Below, one piece after another: positions 1 to 10,544 of a stretch of DNA of 62,192 bases (positions are counted from its first letter, which is position 1; each line of letters opens with the position of its first letter). Where the stretch lies: positions 1-62,192 of the forward strand of contig CAZCWN010000002.1 in the NCBI GenBank assembly GCA_964502375.1, in the 5' to 3' direction. Source of the stretch: an uncultured Rhizobium sp. (GTDB lineage Bacteria > Pseudomonadota > Alphaproteobacteria > Rickettsiales > UBA1997). The translations under genes and the position numbers were made by a program. The notes beneath the pieces are model-generated. The model searched no databases, was not told the origin of the DNA, and worked only from the letters and a program-made list of their open reading frames with translations.

Positions 1-54
1 AATAGTTCCAATATTCACATGGGGTTTGGTGCGCTGAAAAGTTTGTTTGGTCAT
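1..54 (-). CDS. tuf: Elongation factor Tu, first 18 codons only (gene runs off the left edge)
   Basis: Reverse-strand ATG at 52-54. Translation MTKQTFQRTKPHVNIGTI matches the conserved EF-Tu N-terminus (..RTKPHVN(I/V)GTIGHVDHGKT). Absent from the ORF track because it is truncated by the window edge. Confidence 0.75.
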   Translation of the reverse strand, partial: MTKQTFQRTKPHVNIGTI

Positions 55-210
55 AACTTTTTATAAGTTTTTGCAAGTTAATAAATTTTCTTCAAAGCAG
101 GTTCTACCAAGCTAAAGAAGTGGCAATAAACGTAAATTTATTTGATTTTTAAAGCGGAAAGGCGCGCGAATTTATGAATAAAGAAATAAAAAGCAAAGAG
201 AATTATAGGC

Positions 211-240
211 AAAAAAGTTATAGTTTGAAAAGGCAAACTA
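211..240 (-). terminator. Weak intrinsic terminator after carB
   Basis: On the minus strand: TAGTTTG-ccuuuu-CAAACTA (7-bp stem that includes the carB stop codon), followed by TAACTTTTTT. The stem is AT-rich, so the call is only moderate. Confidence 0.4.
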
Positions 241-3200
241 TAACTCTTGCAAACAAAACACCTCGAAATTTTTTTCTTCTTTTAATTTTACTATCGAATT
301 CGCAATGCAGCTGGCTGCAGCGATGGTAGTAATATAAAAGACACGGTTCATTAGTGCTGTGCGCCGTAAATTGAAGCTTTTGGCAATTGATTCTGTGCCA
401 AAAGTTGTGTTTATCACTAAGTCAATTTTTTTGTCTTTGATTAAGTGAATTACGTTATAGCCACCTTCTTGCTCTTTGTTTATTTCTTCGGCCTTAATAT
501 TATGTTCATTCAGGAATTTTTTGGTGCCGCTAGTAGCATAAATTTTAAAATTGCATTTGCTCAATTTAGAAGCAATTGCGATGAGAGCAGAACTTTTATC
601 GCGGTCAGCCACAGTAATTAAGGCATTACCCTCAACATTAACTTTATTTCCGGCAGCAAGTTGGGCTTTGAGAAAAGCCATTTCAAAGCTTTTATCTATA
701 CCCATAACTTCACCAGTAGACTTCATTTCTGGCCCCAAAATTGTATCTACATTGGAAAAGCGCGCGAATGGTAGTACCACTTCTTTCACTGAAAAATAAT
801 CGGTGCCATAATTTTTAGCTTCATCCAATTTGAAACTGGCAAGTTTTCTTCCAACCATCAAAAGTGAAGCAATTTTGGCAACATTAATGCCTGTAGCCTT
901 GGCCACAAAGGGCACGGTTCTTGAAGCGCGCGGATTAACTTCTATCACGTAAAGTTTTTCATTTTGCACTGCATATTGCACATTCATCAAGCCCACCACT
1001 TCAAGCGCTCGCGCTAATTTAATAGTGCTTTCCTCAATTTCAGCGATCATTTTTTTTGAAAGTGAATAAGGAGGCAGAGAACAAGCGGAATCGCCTGAAT
1101 GGATACCGGCCTCTTCAATGTGCTGCATAATGCCGCTGACAAAGACATCTTTACCATCGCTTAAAGCATCAACATCGATTTCCACCGCATTATCCAGGAA
1201 TTTATCAACCAAAATTGGCCCATCAAGAATGAAGCGGCCATTGATTTCGATATATTTGTCGAGACCAGATTTATTATAAATTACTTCCATCGCCCGCCCA
1301 CCTAGCACGTTACTTGGGCGGATTACCACTGGATAACCAACTTCCTCTGCGGCTGCTCCTATTTCTTTTAAGCTGTGACAAATAGTGTTTTTTGGTTGCA
1401 CTAAGTGCATTGCTTGCAAGAGCTGTTGGAATCTTTCGCGGTCTTCGGCTAAGTCGATTTTATCGTAAGAAGTTCCAATAATTTTAATGTCGGCTTTGTC
1501 TAAATGGCGCGCTAATTTTAAAGCGGTTTGGCCACCGAATTGCACAATAACACCTATAAATTCACCATTTTCTTGCTCTTTATTGATTATTTCCAAGACA
1601 TGCTCTGGTGTCATTGGCTCGAAATAAAGGCGATCGGAGGAATCGTAATCAGTGGAAACTGTTTCTGGATTACAGTTGATCATAATAGTTTCATAGCCAG
1701 CTTCCGATAAAGTAAGTGCGGCATGGACGCAGGCATAGTCAAATTCAATTCCTTGACCAATGCGGTTTGGCCCACCACCTAAAATAACAACTTTTTTCTT
1801 ATCGCTTGGTCGCGCTTCGCATTCTGGCTCAGAAATTCCATCGCCTTCATAGCAAGAATACATGTAAGACGTGTTAGAAGCGAATTCGGCAGAACAGGTA
1901 TCAACTGATTTATAAACTGGGCGCACACCAAGATTGTGGCGTAGTTCGCAAACTTTGGCTATATCGGTGTTCGTAAGTTCAGCCAATCTTTCATCCGAAA
2001 AACCCATTTTTTTGAGCTGTAAAATGCCAAATTTATCTTTCGGCAAACCATTTTTTCTTATTTCATTTTCAGTTTCGACGATCTTTTCAATTTCACGCAC
2101 AAACCATGGATCGAAATAAGTGATGCTACAAATTTCTTCGACGGAAATTTTATAGCGTAAGGCGTCAGCAATGCGAAGTATACGGTTTGGAGCCAGAACT
2201 GCCAAATTTTCTTTGATAATTTTTTGGTTTTCGGCCAAGGAATTTTTTTCTGAAACGCCTGGAATTTTTTGTTCATTAAAGCCAGTTAAGCCAACTTCCA
2301 TGGAATAAAGCGCTTTTTGCACTGATTCGGCAAAATTGCGGCCAATTGACATCGCTTCACCAACTGAACGCATGGCGCTAGATAAAACCGGAGTTGCTTC
2401 GTTAAATTTTTCGAAAGTGAAGCGAGGAATTTTGGTTACGACATAGTCGATTGTAGGCTCAAAGGAAGCAGGAGTGACTTTTGTTATATCATTTTGAATT
2501 TCATCAAGCGTGTAGCCAATTGCTAACTTTGCCGCCACTTTTGCAATCGGGAAGCCAGTGGCCTTGGAGGCGAGGGCAGATGATCTAGATACGCGTGGGT
2601 TCATCTCAATTACAACTAAGCGGCCATTTTTTGGATTCACGGCGAATTGCACGTTAGAGCCCCCTGTTTCAACACCAATTTCGCGCAGCACTGCAATTGA
2701 GGCATCGCGCATTTTTTGATATTCTTTGTCAGTCAAAGTTAGCGCGGGGGCCACGGTGATTGAATCGCCGGTGTGAATGCCCATCGGATCAATGTTTTCA
2801 ATAGAGCAAATGATAATCGCATTATCTTTGCGATCGCGAATAACTTCCATTTCATACTCTTTCCACCCAATGATTGATTCATCAATCAGCACTTCGTGCG
2901 TTGGGGAAAGATCAAGTCCATAAGAAACAATTTCTTTGAATTCCTCTTCAGTTGTAGCAATACCGCCGCCTGATCCGCCAAGAGTGAAAGAAGGGCGAAT
3001 AATTGCTGGAAGGCCAATGGTTTTCAGAGCTTCCAAAGCTTCATCAAGGGTTTTTACTACAGTATTTTTGGGAACTTCTAAACCAATTTTCGCCATTGCG
3101 ACATTGAATTTGCTGCGGTCTTCAGCTTTTTCAATAGCTTTTGGATCAGCGCCAATCATCTTCACATTATATTTCTCAAGAACTCCTTGGCGGTAAAGTT

Positions 3201-3498
3201 CGAGGGCACAATTAAGAGCTGTCTGCCCGCCGACGGTTGGTAATATCGCTCCAGGACGTTCTTTGGCGATGATTTTTGTAACAACCTCAGCGGTAATGGG
3301 TTCGATATAGGTGGCGTCTGCAGTGGCCTGGTCGGTCATGATGGTGGCCGGATTGGAATTCACCAAAATCACGCGATAGCCTTCTTCTCGTAAAACTTTG
3401 CAAGCTTGCGTTCCGGAATAGTCAAATTCGCAGGCCTGGCCAATCACGATTGGGCCTGAGCCTATGACTAAAATTGAATCAACTTTCAGTTTTGACAT
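238..3498 (-). CDS. carB: Carbamoyl-phosphate synthase large subunit
   Basis: 1086 aa. Duplicated ATP-grasp halves with [13 protein letters not shown] and [13 protein letters not shown], plus a C-terminal MGS-like domain. Overlaps the carA stop by 13 nt. Confidence 0.97.
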   Translation of the reverse strand: MSKLKVDSILVIGSGPIVIGQACEFDYSGTQACKVLREEGYRVILVNSNPATIMTDQATADATYIEPITAEVVTKIIAKERPGAILPTVGGQTALNCALELYRQGVLEKYNVKMIGADPKAIEKAEDRSKFNVAMAKIGLEVPKNTVVKTLDEALEALKTIGLPAIIRPSFTLGGSGGGIATTEEEFKEIVSYGLDLSPTHEVLIDESIIGWKEYEMEVIRDRKDNAIIICSIENIDPMGIHTGDSITVAPALTLTDKEYQKMRDASIAVLREIGVETGGSNVQFAVNPKNGRLVVIEMNPRVSRSSALASKATGFPIAKVAAKLAIGYTLDEIQNDITKVTPASFEPTIDYVVTKIPRFTFEKFNEATPVLSSAMRSVGEAMSIGRNFAESVQKALYSMEVGLTGFNEQKIPGVSEKNSLAENQKIIKENLAVLAPNRILRIADALRYKISVEEICSITYFDPWFVREIEKIVETENEIRKNGLPKDKFGILQLKKMGFSDERLAELTNTDIAKVCELRHNLGVRPVYKSVDTCSAEFASNTSYMYSCYEGDGISEPECEARPSDKKKVVILGGGPNRIGQGIEFDYACVHAALTLSEAGYETIMINCNPETVSTDYDSSDRLYFEPMTPEHVLEIINKEQENGEFIGVIVQFGGQTALKLARHLDKADIKIIGTSYDKIDLAEDRERFQQLLQAMHLVQPKNTICHSLKEIGAAAEEVGYPVVIRPSNVLGGRAMEVIYNKSGLDKYIEINGRFILDGPILVDKFLDNAVEIDVDALSDGKDVFVSGIMQHIEEAGIHSGDSACSLPPYSLSKKMIAEIEESTIKLARALEVVGLMNVQYAVQNEKLYVIEVNPRASRTVPFVAKATGINVAKIASLLMVGRKLASFKLDEAKNYGTDYFSVKEVVLPFARFSNVDTILGPEMKSTGEVMGIDKSFEMAFLKAQLAAGNKVNVEGNALITVADRDKSSALIAIASKLSKCNFKIYATSGTKKFLNEHNIKAEEINKEQEGGYNVIHLIKDKKIDLVINTTFGTESIAKSFNLRRTALMNRVFYITTIAAASCIANSIVKLKEEKNFEVFCLQEL

Positions 3499-4655
3499 TT
3501 CTTATTTTCCTTAATCAGTTCGATAAATTGTTTGAATAAATATCTGCTATCATGTGGCCCTGGAGAGCTTTCCGGGTGATATTGCACCGAAAATGCGGGT
3601 TTATTTTTAAAGCGGATTCCTTCGATAGTATTGTCGAAAAGTGAGTAATGGGTAACCTCGATATTATCGGGAATATTCTCGCTTGATACACAAAAACCGT
3701 GGTTCTGGCTAGTAATTTCAACAATACCTTTTTGAACATTTTTTACCGGATGATTTGCACCACGATGCCCCTGAAACATTTTGATGGTGTTAAGCCCTGC
3801 TGCAAGTGAGAGCAGCTGGTGCCCCATGCAAATCCCAAAGATCGGTATGTTCTTTTCTAATATTTTTTTAAGCACCGGCACTGCATATTGGGCAGTGGCA
3901 AAAGGGTCTCCCGGGCCGTTTGATAAGAAAACTCCGTCTGGATTATATTTAAGAATATCTTCAAAAGTGGATTGCGCTGGAAGCACGGTAATGCTAAAGC
4001 CATGGTCAACCAGGCAGTTTAAAATATTTTCTTTCGCGCCATAATCCATTACCACTATGTTATAGCCGTGGTCGAATTTCTCGGTTTCGGTTCTGCCAAG
4101 CGGAATGGTTTTGCTGCTCCATTTATATGGTTTTTCGGTGGAAACTGTAGCGCAAAGCTCCATGCCATTGAGGGTGGGTAAGGCAGTAATTTTTTTGATG
4201 AGTTTTTCAGTGTCTAATTCTTCTCCTTCAGAAACATAAGAAATAATCACATTGTTCGCGCCGTTAGTTCTTATGGCTCTAGTAAGTGCACGAGTGTCAA
4301 CTCCACAAATACCGGTTACTTCGTTTTTGGTTAACCAGGAATTAAAGTGCCCTTCGCTGCGAAAATTCGAATCAACTGTTATGTCTTCGCGTAGGATTAA
4401 CCCTTTGCAGAAAACTTTTCGTGATTCATTGTCGTCAGCATTATAACCAACATTTCCAATATGGGGAAAGGTGAAGGTAATAATTTGTTCGGCATAGGAA
4501 GGATCAGTTAAAATTTCCTGATAGCCTGTAATTGCAGTGTTGAAGCAAATTTCGCCATGAGTTTTGCCTTTTACTCCCACGCCTTTGCCGAAAAAATAAG
4601 CGCCATCTGCGGTGCAAATGACGGCATTAATGTTTTTGTTAGCAGTTAATTTCAT
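3486..4655 (-). CDS. carA: Carbamoyl-phosphate synthase small (glutamine amidotransferase) subunit
   Basis: 389 aa. CPSase small-chain N-domain plus class-I GATase motif GICMGHQLL and a YHPE region. Lies immediately upstream of carB. Confidence 0.96.
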   Translation of the reverse strand: MKLTANKNINAVICTADGAYFFGKGVGVKGKTHGEICFNTAITGYQEILTDPSYAEQIITFTFPHIGNVGYNADDNESRKVFCKGLILREDITVDSNFRSEGHFNSWLTKNEVTGICGVDTRALTRAIRTNGANNVIISYVSEGEELDTEKLIKKITALPTLNGMELCATVSTEKPYKWSSKTIPLGRTETEKFDHGYNIVVMDYGAKENILNCLVDHGFSITVLPAQSTFEDILKYNPDGVFLSNGPGDPFATAQYAVPVLKKILEKNIPIFGICMGHQLLSLAAGLNTIKMFQGHRGANHPVKNVQKGIVEITSQNHGFCVSSENIPDNIEVTHYSLFDNTIEGIRFKNKPAFSVQYHPESSPGPHDSRYLFKQFIELIKENKKCQN

Positions 4656-4687
4656 TTAAAAATTTACCAATTTTCCAAACAGTTTCC

Positions 4688-4721
4688 AAAAAAAAGCCAT
4701 TCTAGCTATAGCTAGAATGGC
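4688..4721 (-). terminator. Intrinsic terminator after glnA
   Basis: Perfect 26-nt palindrome GCCATTCTAGCTA/TAGCTAGAATGGC (4696-4721), followed on the minus strand by T8 (A-run 4688-4695 on plus). Confidence 0.8.
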
Positions 4722-4783
4722 ATAGAATCTGTCCAAATCTTTTTAACTCCAGATTCAAGACAGATTCCTGGAGTAACAAGTGA

Positions 4784-6205
4784 TTAGTTGTTGTAATACA
4801 TTTCAAATTCAACTGGATGTGGAATTTGTTCATATCTCTCAATTTCTTTTATTTTTAATTCAATATAAGCGTCAATTTGGTCGTTAGTGAAAACGCCTCC
4901 TTCAAGCAAGAAGCCACGATCTTTATCAAGGGCAGCCAAAGCGTCGCGAAGTGAACGCGCTACCGTTGGAATCTTTTTTAAATCTTTTTCTGATGAATGA
5001 TAGAGATCTTGGTTTTTTGGTTCCCCAGGATGGATTTTATTTCTTATACCATCTAATCCGGCCATTAAAAGCGCGGCGCAACATAAGTAAGGGTTAGAAG
5101 CTGGGTCAGGGAAACGGGCCTCAATGCGACGGGCTTTTTCATTTGTTACATGCGGAATACGGATTGAAGCTGAGCGATTTTTTGCTGAATAAGCCAAAAG
5201 AACTGGAGCTTCATAGCCAGGAACTAAGCGCTTGTAACTGTTAGTTGTAGGGTTTGTGAAAGCGTTAAGCGCCTTAGCATGTTTGATGATGCCGCCGATA
5301 TAAAATAAAGCTAATTCCGAAAGATTGGCGTGCTCGTTTCCTATAAAAAGATTTTGGCCATTTTTCCAAATTGATTGATGAACGTGCATTCCAGAGCCGT
5401 TATCCCCAAAAACAGGTTTTGGCATGAAGGTAGCTGTTTTGCCATATGAATGGCAAACATTATGGACCACATTTTTGAACTTTTGAATATTATCAGCTGT
5501 GTCAGTTAATGTGCTATATTTAAAGCCAATTTCAAATTGCGCGTTAGCAACTTCATGATGGTGAAGAAGAGGCGTAATGCCAACTTCACATAATGTTTCT
5601 ACTATTTCTGAGCGAAGATCTTGCCCTGAATCAAGTGGCGTTGGATCAAAGTAAGCGCCTTTAATTTGAGATCTGCGGGCTAAATTACCACCGTCAACAT
5701 CTTTGTAAGAATTGTGTGGAGCCTCTTCTGAATCGATAGAATATGAATTTTTATGGCTGCCAGTTTGGAAACGAACATCGTCGAACACAAAAAATTCTGG
5801 TTCAGGACCGAAATAAGCTACATCACCAATGCCACTATTTTTTAGATATTCTTCTGCCTTTTTAGCGGTGTTACGAGGATCTCTAGAATAGCCCTCGTTA
5901 GTTTTTGGTTCTATAACATCGCAAACTATAACCAGAGTGGGAAGGGTGGAAAAAGGGTCAATAAACGCTGTATCAAGCTGTGGCATTAGAATCATGTCTG
6001 ATTCATTAATCTCTTTCCATGCTGGCACTGAAGATCCATCAAAAGCTATGCCTTTTTGCAATTCTTCTTCACTAACTGCATTAGCACAATGGCTGATATG
6101 TAACCATTTGCCACCATAATCAGAAAAACGGAAATCAACAAATTTAATATTGTTGTTTTTTATCATTTCAAAGATCGTGGCCGAGCTAGTGCTAGTTTTT
6201 TTCAT
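4784..6205 (-). CDS. glnA: Glutamine synthetase, type I
   Basis: 473 aa. Motifs FDGSSV, NGSGMHVHQS, SYKRLVPGYEAP and KNRSASIRIP. Confidence 0.96.
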   Translation of the reverse strand: MKKTSTSSATIFEMIKNNNIKFVDFRFSDYGGKWLHISHCANAVSEEELQKGIAFDGSSVPAWKEINESDMILMPQLDTAFIDPFSTLPTLVIVCDVIEPKTNEGYSRDPRNTAKKAEEYLKNSGIGDVAYFGPEPEFFVFDDVRFQTGSHKNSYSIDSEEAPHNSYKDVDGGNLARRSQIKGAYFDPTPLDSGQDLRSEIVETLCEVGITPLLHHHEVANAQFEIGFKYSTLTDTADNIQKFKNVVHNVCHSYGKTATFMPKPVFGDNGSGMHVHQSIWKNGQNLFIGNEHANLSELALFYIGGIIKHAKALNAFTNPTTNSYKRLVPGYEAPVLLAYSAKNRSASIRIPHVTNEKARRIEARFPDPASNPYLCCAALLMAGLDGIRNKIHPGEPKNQDLYHSSEKDLKKIPTVARSLRDALAALDKDRGFLLEGGVFTNDQIDAYIELKIKEIERYEQIPHPVEFEMYYNN

Positions 6206-6433
6206 ATTAAGGTTAAGGATTATTTGGAGTAGTTAGAACCCGCTTATCACAACAATTATTTGACTTATCTCTCCTAAGGACAAGCGCAAACAAGCTCTGT
6301 AATTTTTGAGTTAAAATTTGCAGTTGTGCAGTTGTTAAGTGAGGAAGAGATTCTTGAGATGAGACAATTTTATAACAAGCCGCGGCTTAATGTTCAATTA
6401 ATTTTTTTAAATTCTAGAACTTAGGCCTGTTTT

Positions 6434-7369
6434 TCAAACTCGCTTTGTGATAAGAGACAAAAGCGCCATTCTAATATAAACTCCATAATTGGCTTGGGAA
6501 AAATATTTTGCTTGGGGTAAATCATCCACTTCTTCGCTGATTTCATATATGCGGGGCAATGGATGCATTATGGTCAAATTTTCTTTGGCTTTAGATAAAG
6601 TTTTTTTGTCGATACAAAAAATATTTTTTACCTTTTCATAATTTGCTTTGTCATCAAAACGTTCTTGCTGAGTCCTTGTTACATAAATCACATCGAGATC
6701 TTGAATAGCAGGTTCTAACTCAAAAGTTTCGATAAGTTTACACCCAGATTGTTCAAAAGTTTTTTTCTTTTCAGCATCAAGAGTTAAGGATGGATGAGAA
6801 ATTAAAGTAAATTGATTGTCAGAATAGCGGCTCATTAAAGTAAGGAGAGAGTGCACAGCGCGACCATATTTTAAATCGCCCAAAACGCCAATTTTTAAAT
6901 TATTTAATTTTTTCTTTTCGCAAAAAATTGTGTAAATATCGACAAGCGCCTGAGTAGGGTGTTGGTTAGTTCCATCCCCTGCATTAATCACGGGCACGGT
7001 GGCATATTTAGCAAGTTCAGCAATTGAGCCTTCTTGGGGATGACGCGCCACAATAACATCCGCATAGTTACTTATAATGCGGCCAGTATCCGATAGGGTT
7101 TCGCCCTTTTTTATTGAAGAAGATTTGCCATATTCAAGGGTAACTGTTTGCCCTCCAAGCCTTAGCATCGCTGACTCAAAAGAAAATCTGGTACGTGTGC
7201 TTGGTTCAAAAAATAATGTTGCCAGAATCCGACCTTTACAATCGCCGCTTGCAAAAGTTTTCTTATGGCCTTGAGCGCGAAATTTTTCGGCAATATTGAT
7301 AAGTTTTTTTATGTCGCTTTCCTTGATCTGATTGGCATCAAGGAGGTGATTAAATGAAAGTTTTGTCAT
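6434..7369 (-). CDS. pyrB: Aspartate carbamoyltransferase catalytic subunit
   Basis: 311 aa. FFEPSTRTRFSFE (carbamoyl-phosphate site), HPTQAL, HPLPR (aspartate-type rather than ornithine-type). Confidence 0.93.
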   Translation of the reverse strand: MTKLSFNHLLDANQIKESDIKKLINIAEKFRAQGHKKTFASGDCKGRILATLFFEPSTRTRFSFESAMLRLGGQTVTLEYGKSSSIKKGETLSDTGRIISNYADVIVARHPQEGSIAELAKYATVPVINAGDGTNQHPTQALVDIYTIFCEKKKLNNLKIGVLGDLKYGRAVHSLLTLMSRYSDNQFTLISHPSLTLDAEKKKTFEQSGCKLIETFELEPAIQDLDVIYVTRTQQERFDDKANYEKVKNIFCIDKKTLSKAKENLTIMHPLPRIYEISEEVDDLPQAKYFSQANYGVYIRMALLSLITKRV

Positions 7370-7525
7370 TACAGAACTGCGTCAATTATTTGCGCTTTTG
7401 TTTAACAGGGGTCAACATTTAATGGATTTTTGAAGCCTGACGCAAGCTTTTGCAAGTTTAATTTTTGTTGAGATAAAGCATTCTACTTGCCTGCGTTATA
7501 ATTTGAACAGAGAATGAGGATTTTG

Positions 7526-7570
7526 GCGGCTCATGCGTAGGCGGTTTAATAGGGCATACGCATGAGCCGC
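7526..7570. repeat. Perfect 14-bp inverted repeat (stem-loop) in the pyrB-metE spacer
   Basis: GCGGCTCATGCGTA (7526-7539) and TACGCATGAGCCGC (7557-7570), with a 17-nt loop. No U-tract follows on either strand, so it is not a terminator. Confidence 0.85.
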
Positions 7571-7684
7571 GTTAGATTTAAAAATAGGCGAGGAGGGGGT
7601 TTTGGGTTTGGTGGATTATGTGTGATGTTATTTGGTGGTGCCTTCCGGGTTTTTTATAGGGTTATTTGGTTTATTAGGTTTTAG
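7562..7684 (+). CDS. Speculative 40-codon basic/hydrophobic peptide (MSRVRFKNRRGGGFGFGGLCVMLFGGAFRVFYRVIWFIRF)
   Basis: ATG at 7562 lies inside the right arm of the 14-bp inverted repeat, with AGGG 7 nt upstream. The frame is open to TAG at 7682-7684. The composition may simply reflect the G+T skew of the DNA. Confidence 0.12.
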   Translation: MSRVRFKNRRGGGFGFGGLCVMLFGGAFRVFYRVIWFIRF

Positions 7685-7707
7685 ATGCGGCAAAGTAGTG
7701 AATTGCT

Positions 7708-7756
7708 GCGCCATATTTGGTGTGGTGAGCCAAATATGGGGGCGCATTCTTTTTGT
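7708..7756 (+). terminator. Plus-strand intrinsic-terminator-like hairpin with no annotated plus-strand gene
   Basis: GCGCCATATTTGG (7708-7720), 9-nt loop, CCAAATATGG-GGG-CGC (7730-7745), then ATTCTTTTTGT. The U-tract exists only on the plus strand. Confidence 0.55.
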
Positions 7757-7863
7757 AAATAAAGCAAGTTACAACCAAGCAGCGGTTTAGTCTGAAAGAA
7801 AAATTTCTACCCTGGGTTTAGTTAAACTAATTTTTAGCTATTCATTAGGTTTTAAAAATATGT

Positions 7864-7929
7864 AATAAAAAAGTCGCGCCGAGCCCTCAAATTGCATGCA
7901 ATTACACAATTTAGGGCTCAACGCGACTT
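7864..7929 (-). terminator. Intrinsic terminator after metE
   Basis: Long stem (7873-7894 with 7907-7927). The two mismatches on plus become G-U pairs on the minus-strand RNA. Followed on minus by TTTTTTATT. Confidence 0.8.
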
Positions 7930-7960
7930 CGCGGACAAATTTATACTGAATTATAAGCTT

Positions 7961-10249
7961 TTATTGAATCTGAGCTCTAATTGATTTTGCTGCCTCAACC
8001 ATTTGTTGCAGAGCCAGCTTGGTTTCTGGCCAATCACGAGTTTTTAATCCACAATCTGGGTTTACCCAAATTTGCTCTGGTCTTAAAACATCCAAGGCTT
8101 TTTGCAGAAGTTTTTCAATTTCTTCTTTAGTTGGAACCCGTGGGCTATGAATATCATAAACGCCGGGTCCAATTTCGTTTGGATATTTGAAGTTAACGAA
8201 AGCGTTTAACAACTCCATTTGTGAGCGCGAAGTTTCGATTGAAATTACATCGGCATCCATATCGGCGATGGCGGAGATGATATCGTTAAATTCAGAGTAA
8301 CACATATGAGTGTGAATCTGAGTGCGATCTTCAACGCCGGAAGCGGCAATTCTAAATGCTTCAACAGCCCATTTTAAATATTCTGCCCATTGTAATTTGC
8401 GAATCGGTAAGCCTTCGCGCAGCGCGGCCTCATCAATTTGAACGATTTTAATCCCTGCTTCTTCCAGATCACAAACTTCATCGCGAATAGCGAAGGCAAT
8501 TTGTAGAGCTGTGTCTTTTCTGGGTTGATCATCACGCACGAAGGACCATTGCAGAATTGTAATTGGGCCAGTCAGCATCCCTTTCATGATTTTTTTAGTT
8601 TGGCTTTGTGCATATTTAGCCCATTCAACTGTCATGGCTTTTGGGCGAGAAATATCACCAAAAATTACTGGAGGTTTCACGCAGCGTGAGCCATAGCTTT
8701 GCACCCAACCATTTTTAGTGAAGCAGAATCCTTTCAATTGTTCGCCGAAATATTCCACCATGTCATTTCTTTCGAATTCGCCGTGCACCAAAACATCAAG
8801 GCCAATTTCTTCCTGAAAGCGGATGGCGCGCGTAGTTTCTTCTTTTACGAATTTTTCATATTCGGTAGCAGAAATTTTGCCGGCTTTGAAATCAGCACGG
8901 AATTTCCTGACTTCTTTAGTTTGCGGAAAAGAGCCAATAGTTGTGGTTGGAAGCAGTGGTAGATTAATGTAGTTTGCCTGAATTTCTCGACGCTCCTGGA
9001 ATTTGTTGCGGCGCTTCATTAAGGATTCGTCAATTGCAGCAACCCTTTTTTTCACTGCCTCATCATGAATTTTCTTGGATGATTTGCGAGCTTGAAGAGC
9101 GGCCTTATTGGCTTCAAGTGCTGATTTAACTTCTGAGTCCTTGCCGTCTGCGGCTTTAGCAATAATAGCAATTTCAGATAGTTTTTGAGTGGCAAAGGCC
9201 ATCCAAGATTTTAATTCAGGGTCAAGCTCTGTTTCTAAAGTTAGATCAACTGGAGTGTGAAGCAAAGAACAAGATGGAGCCACAATCACGCGGTTTGCGC
9301 CTAATTCATTCACTGCTTTTTTGGCTAGAGAAATTGAATTCTCAAGATCATTAATCCAGATATTTCGGCCATCAACTAGCCCCAAAGAGAGGCTTTGATC
9401 TGATCTTATTAATTTCAAAGCTTCGTCAAGTTGGTCTGCGCCGCGCACTAGGTCGATATGAACTGAATCAGTTTCTAACTCAAAAGCAAGTGCAGCATTA
9501 TCGCCTAAGCTTTCGAAATATGTCGCCAAATGAAGTTTTATTGGGCCAGCAAATTTTCTGATTTGTGAATAGGCTTTTAAATAGGCTTGGATGCTATCAG
9601 AAGGAAGGTCAGTAACTAAAAATGGTTCATCAATTTGCACATCTTTAACGCCGATTTCTTGCAATTTTTTGAAAATTTCAGCGTAAACCCCAAGTAAATT
9701 ATTAAGTAAATCAAGTTTATTGGAGCCATCGATTGTTTTGCCCAGAAGCAAGAAAGTTAAAGGGCCCACCAAAACAGGTCGTGTTTCGATACCTAATTTT
9801 TTAGCTTCCAAATATTCATTGAAAATTTTTTGGCAGGAAAGTTTGAATTGTTGGCCTTTTTTAAATTCAGGCACGATGTAATGGTAATTAGTATCGAACC
9901 ATTTGGTCATTTCCATGGCGGTAACGTCAATGCCCTCACGTTGCGCGCCGCGGGCCATTGCGAAATAAAGATCAAGGTCAACTTCACCATCGGAAAATTT
10001 AAAGCGCTCTGGAACTGCGCCAAACATAGCGATAGCGCCTAGAATATGGTCATAAAAAGAGAAATCGTTAGAAGGAATAAAGTTGATTCCGGCTGCTTTT
10101 TGAGTTTGCCAGTTTTTTGCCTTTATTGCAGAAGCCTGTTCTTTTAATTCAGTAAGTGAAGAAGTTTTTTTCCAGTAGCTTTCGACAGCTTTTTTAAGCT
10201 CGCGATTAGCACCAATTCTTGGAAAGCCAAGATTTGCAGTTTGTAACAT
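7961..10249 (-). CDS. metE: Cobalamin-independent methionine synthase
   Basis: 762 aa. Begins MLQTANLGFPRIGANRELKKA. Duplicated Meth_synt domains. C-terminal zinc-site region HTHMCYSEF and NPDCGLKTR. Confidence 0.96.
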   Translation of the reverse strand: MLQTANLGFPRIGANRELKKAVESYWKKTSSLTELKEQASAIKAKNWQTQKAAGINFIPSNDFSFYDHILGAIAMFGAVPERFKFSDGEVDLDLYFAMARGAQREGIDVTAMEMTKWFDTNYHYIVPEFKKGQQFKLSCQKIFNEYLEAKKLGIETRPVLVGPLTFLLLGKTIDGSNKLDLLNNLLGVYAEIFKKLQEIGVKDVQIDEPFLVTDLPSDSIQAYLKAYSQIRKFAGPIKLHLATYFESLGDNAALAFELETDSVHIDLVRGADQLDEALKLIRSDQSLSLGLVDGRNIWINDLENSISLAKKAVNELGANRVIVAPSCSLLHTPVDLTLETELDPELKSWMAFATQKLSEIAIIAKAADGKDSEVKSALEANKAALQARKSSKKIHDEAVKKRVAAIDESLMKRRNKFQERREIQANYINLPLLPTTTIGSFPQTKEVRKFRADFKAGKISATEYEKFVKEETTRAIRFQEEIGLDVLVHGEFERNDMVEYFGEQLKGFCFTKNGWVQSYGSRCVKPPVIFGDISRPKAMTVEWAKYAQSQTKKIMKGMLTGPITILQWSFVRDDQPRKDTALQIAFAIRDEVCDLEEAGIKIVQIDEAALREGLPIRKLQWAEYLKWAVEAFRIAASGVEDRTQIHTHMCYSEFNDIISAIADMDADVISIETSRSQMELLNAFVNFKYPNEIGPGVYDIHSPRVPTKEEIEKLLQKALDVLRPEQIWVNPDCGLKTRDWPETKLALQQMVEAAKSIRAQIQ

Positions 10250-10326
10250 AATTTTAATTTTTGAGATTGTGCAAGGCTTTGCGGGCAGGATAATGGCGGG
10301 CTCGCCAAATTCTAAGAAACTTTCCT

Positions 10327-10369
10327 ATAAAATAAAAATCCTAACCATGGAAGCGATTTTCATGGTTAG
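10327..10369 (-). terminator. Intrinsic terminator between a small upstream ORF and the metE leader
   Basis: CTAACCATG (10341-10349) / CATGGTTAG (10361-10369), a perfect 9-bp stem with an 11-nt loop. Followed on minus by GATTTTTATTTTAT. Confidence 0.7.
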
Positions 10370-10391
10370 TTGGGATTTAAGCTTTTTAACT

Positions 10392-10544
10392 TTAAAACAA
10401 AATTGAGTTAAAAGCATTTAAATCTTTCTTGGAAACAGTGCCGTGCTCAATATGGTTTTTCACTTGAGCCTTGGCTTTTTTAAAAGGTTGAAGGGTTTTA
10501 GTTGGAGTGGTGCAATAAATGCCATCCATGATGATTGCATTCAT
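10392..10544 (-). CDS. Hypothetical 50-aa protein (MNAIIMDGIYCTTPTKTLQPFKKAKAQVKNHIEHGTVSKKDLNAFNSILF)
   Basis: ATG at 10542-10544, TAA at 10392-10394. The terminator lies about 22 nt downstream. Below the ORF-track size cutoff, and I recognise no family. Confidence 0.25.
   Translation of the reverse strand: MNAIIMDGIYCTTPTKTLQPFKKAKAQVKNHIEHGTVSKKDLNAFNSILF

Noticed and set aside
161-170. GGCGCGCGAA occurs in two intergenic regions (161-170 and 16766-16775), which suggested a shared regulatory motif.
   Set aside because: GCGCGC-containing strings are frequent throughout the coding sequence here (Ala-Arg codon pairs, for example near 8826, 24616, 32666 and 35546). Two intergenic copies are therefore not clearly more than chance.
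6206-6433. A possible sigma-54/NtrC-type promoter upstream of glnA (CTGCACAACTGCAAAT on the minus strand).
   Set aside because: The -24 GG dinucleotide is missing and the spacing does not fit TGGCAC-N5-TTGCA. No upstream NtrC-like inverted repeats were seen.
7621-7660. A CCGGAAGG segment (minus strand) that recalls the GGAA tetraloop of SRP (4.5S) RNA.
   Set aside because: The flanking sequence lacks the conserved AGCAGCC/GGUCC helix-8 elements and cannot form the extended SRP hairpin.
10250-10326. The metE leader considered as a SAM-II or cobalamin riboswitch.
   Set aside because: I could not form the SAM-II pseudoknot: the 3' AAAGCC has no complementary GGCUUU in the upstream loop. No B12-box is present, and the leader is far too short for a cobalamin element. 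I kept it only as an unexplained structured leader in the findings.
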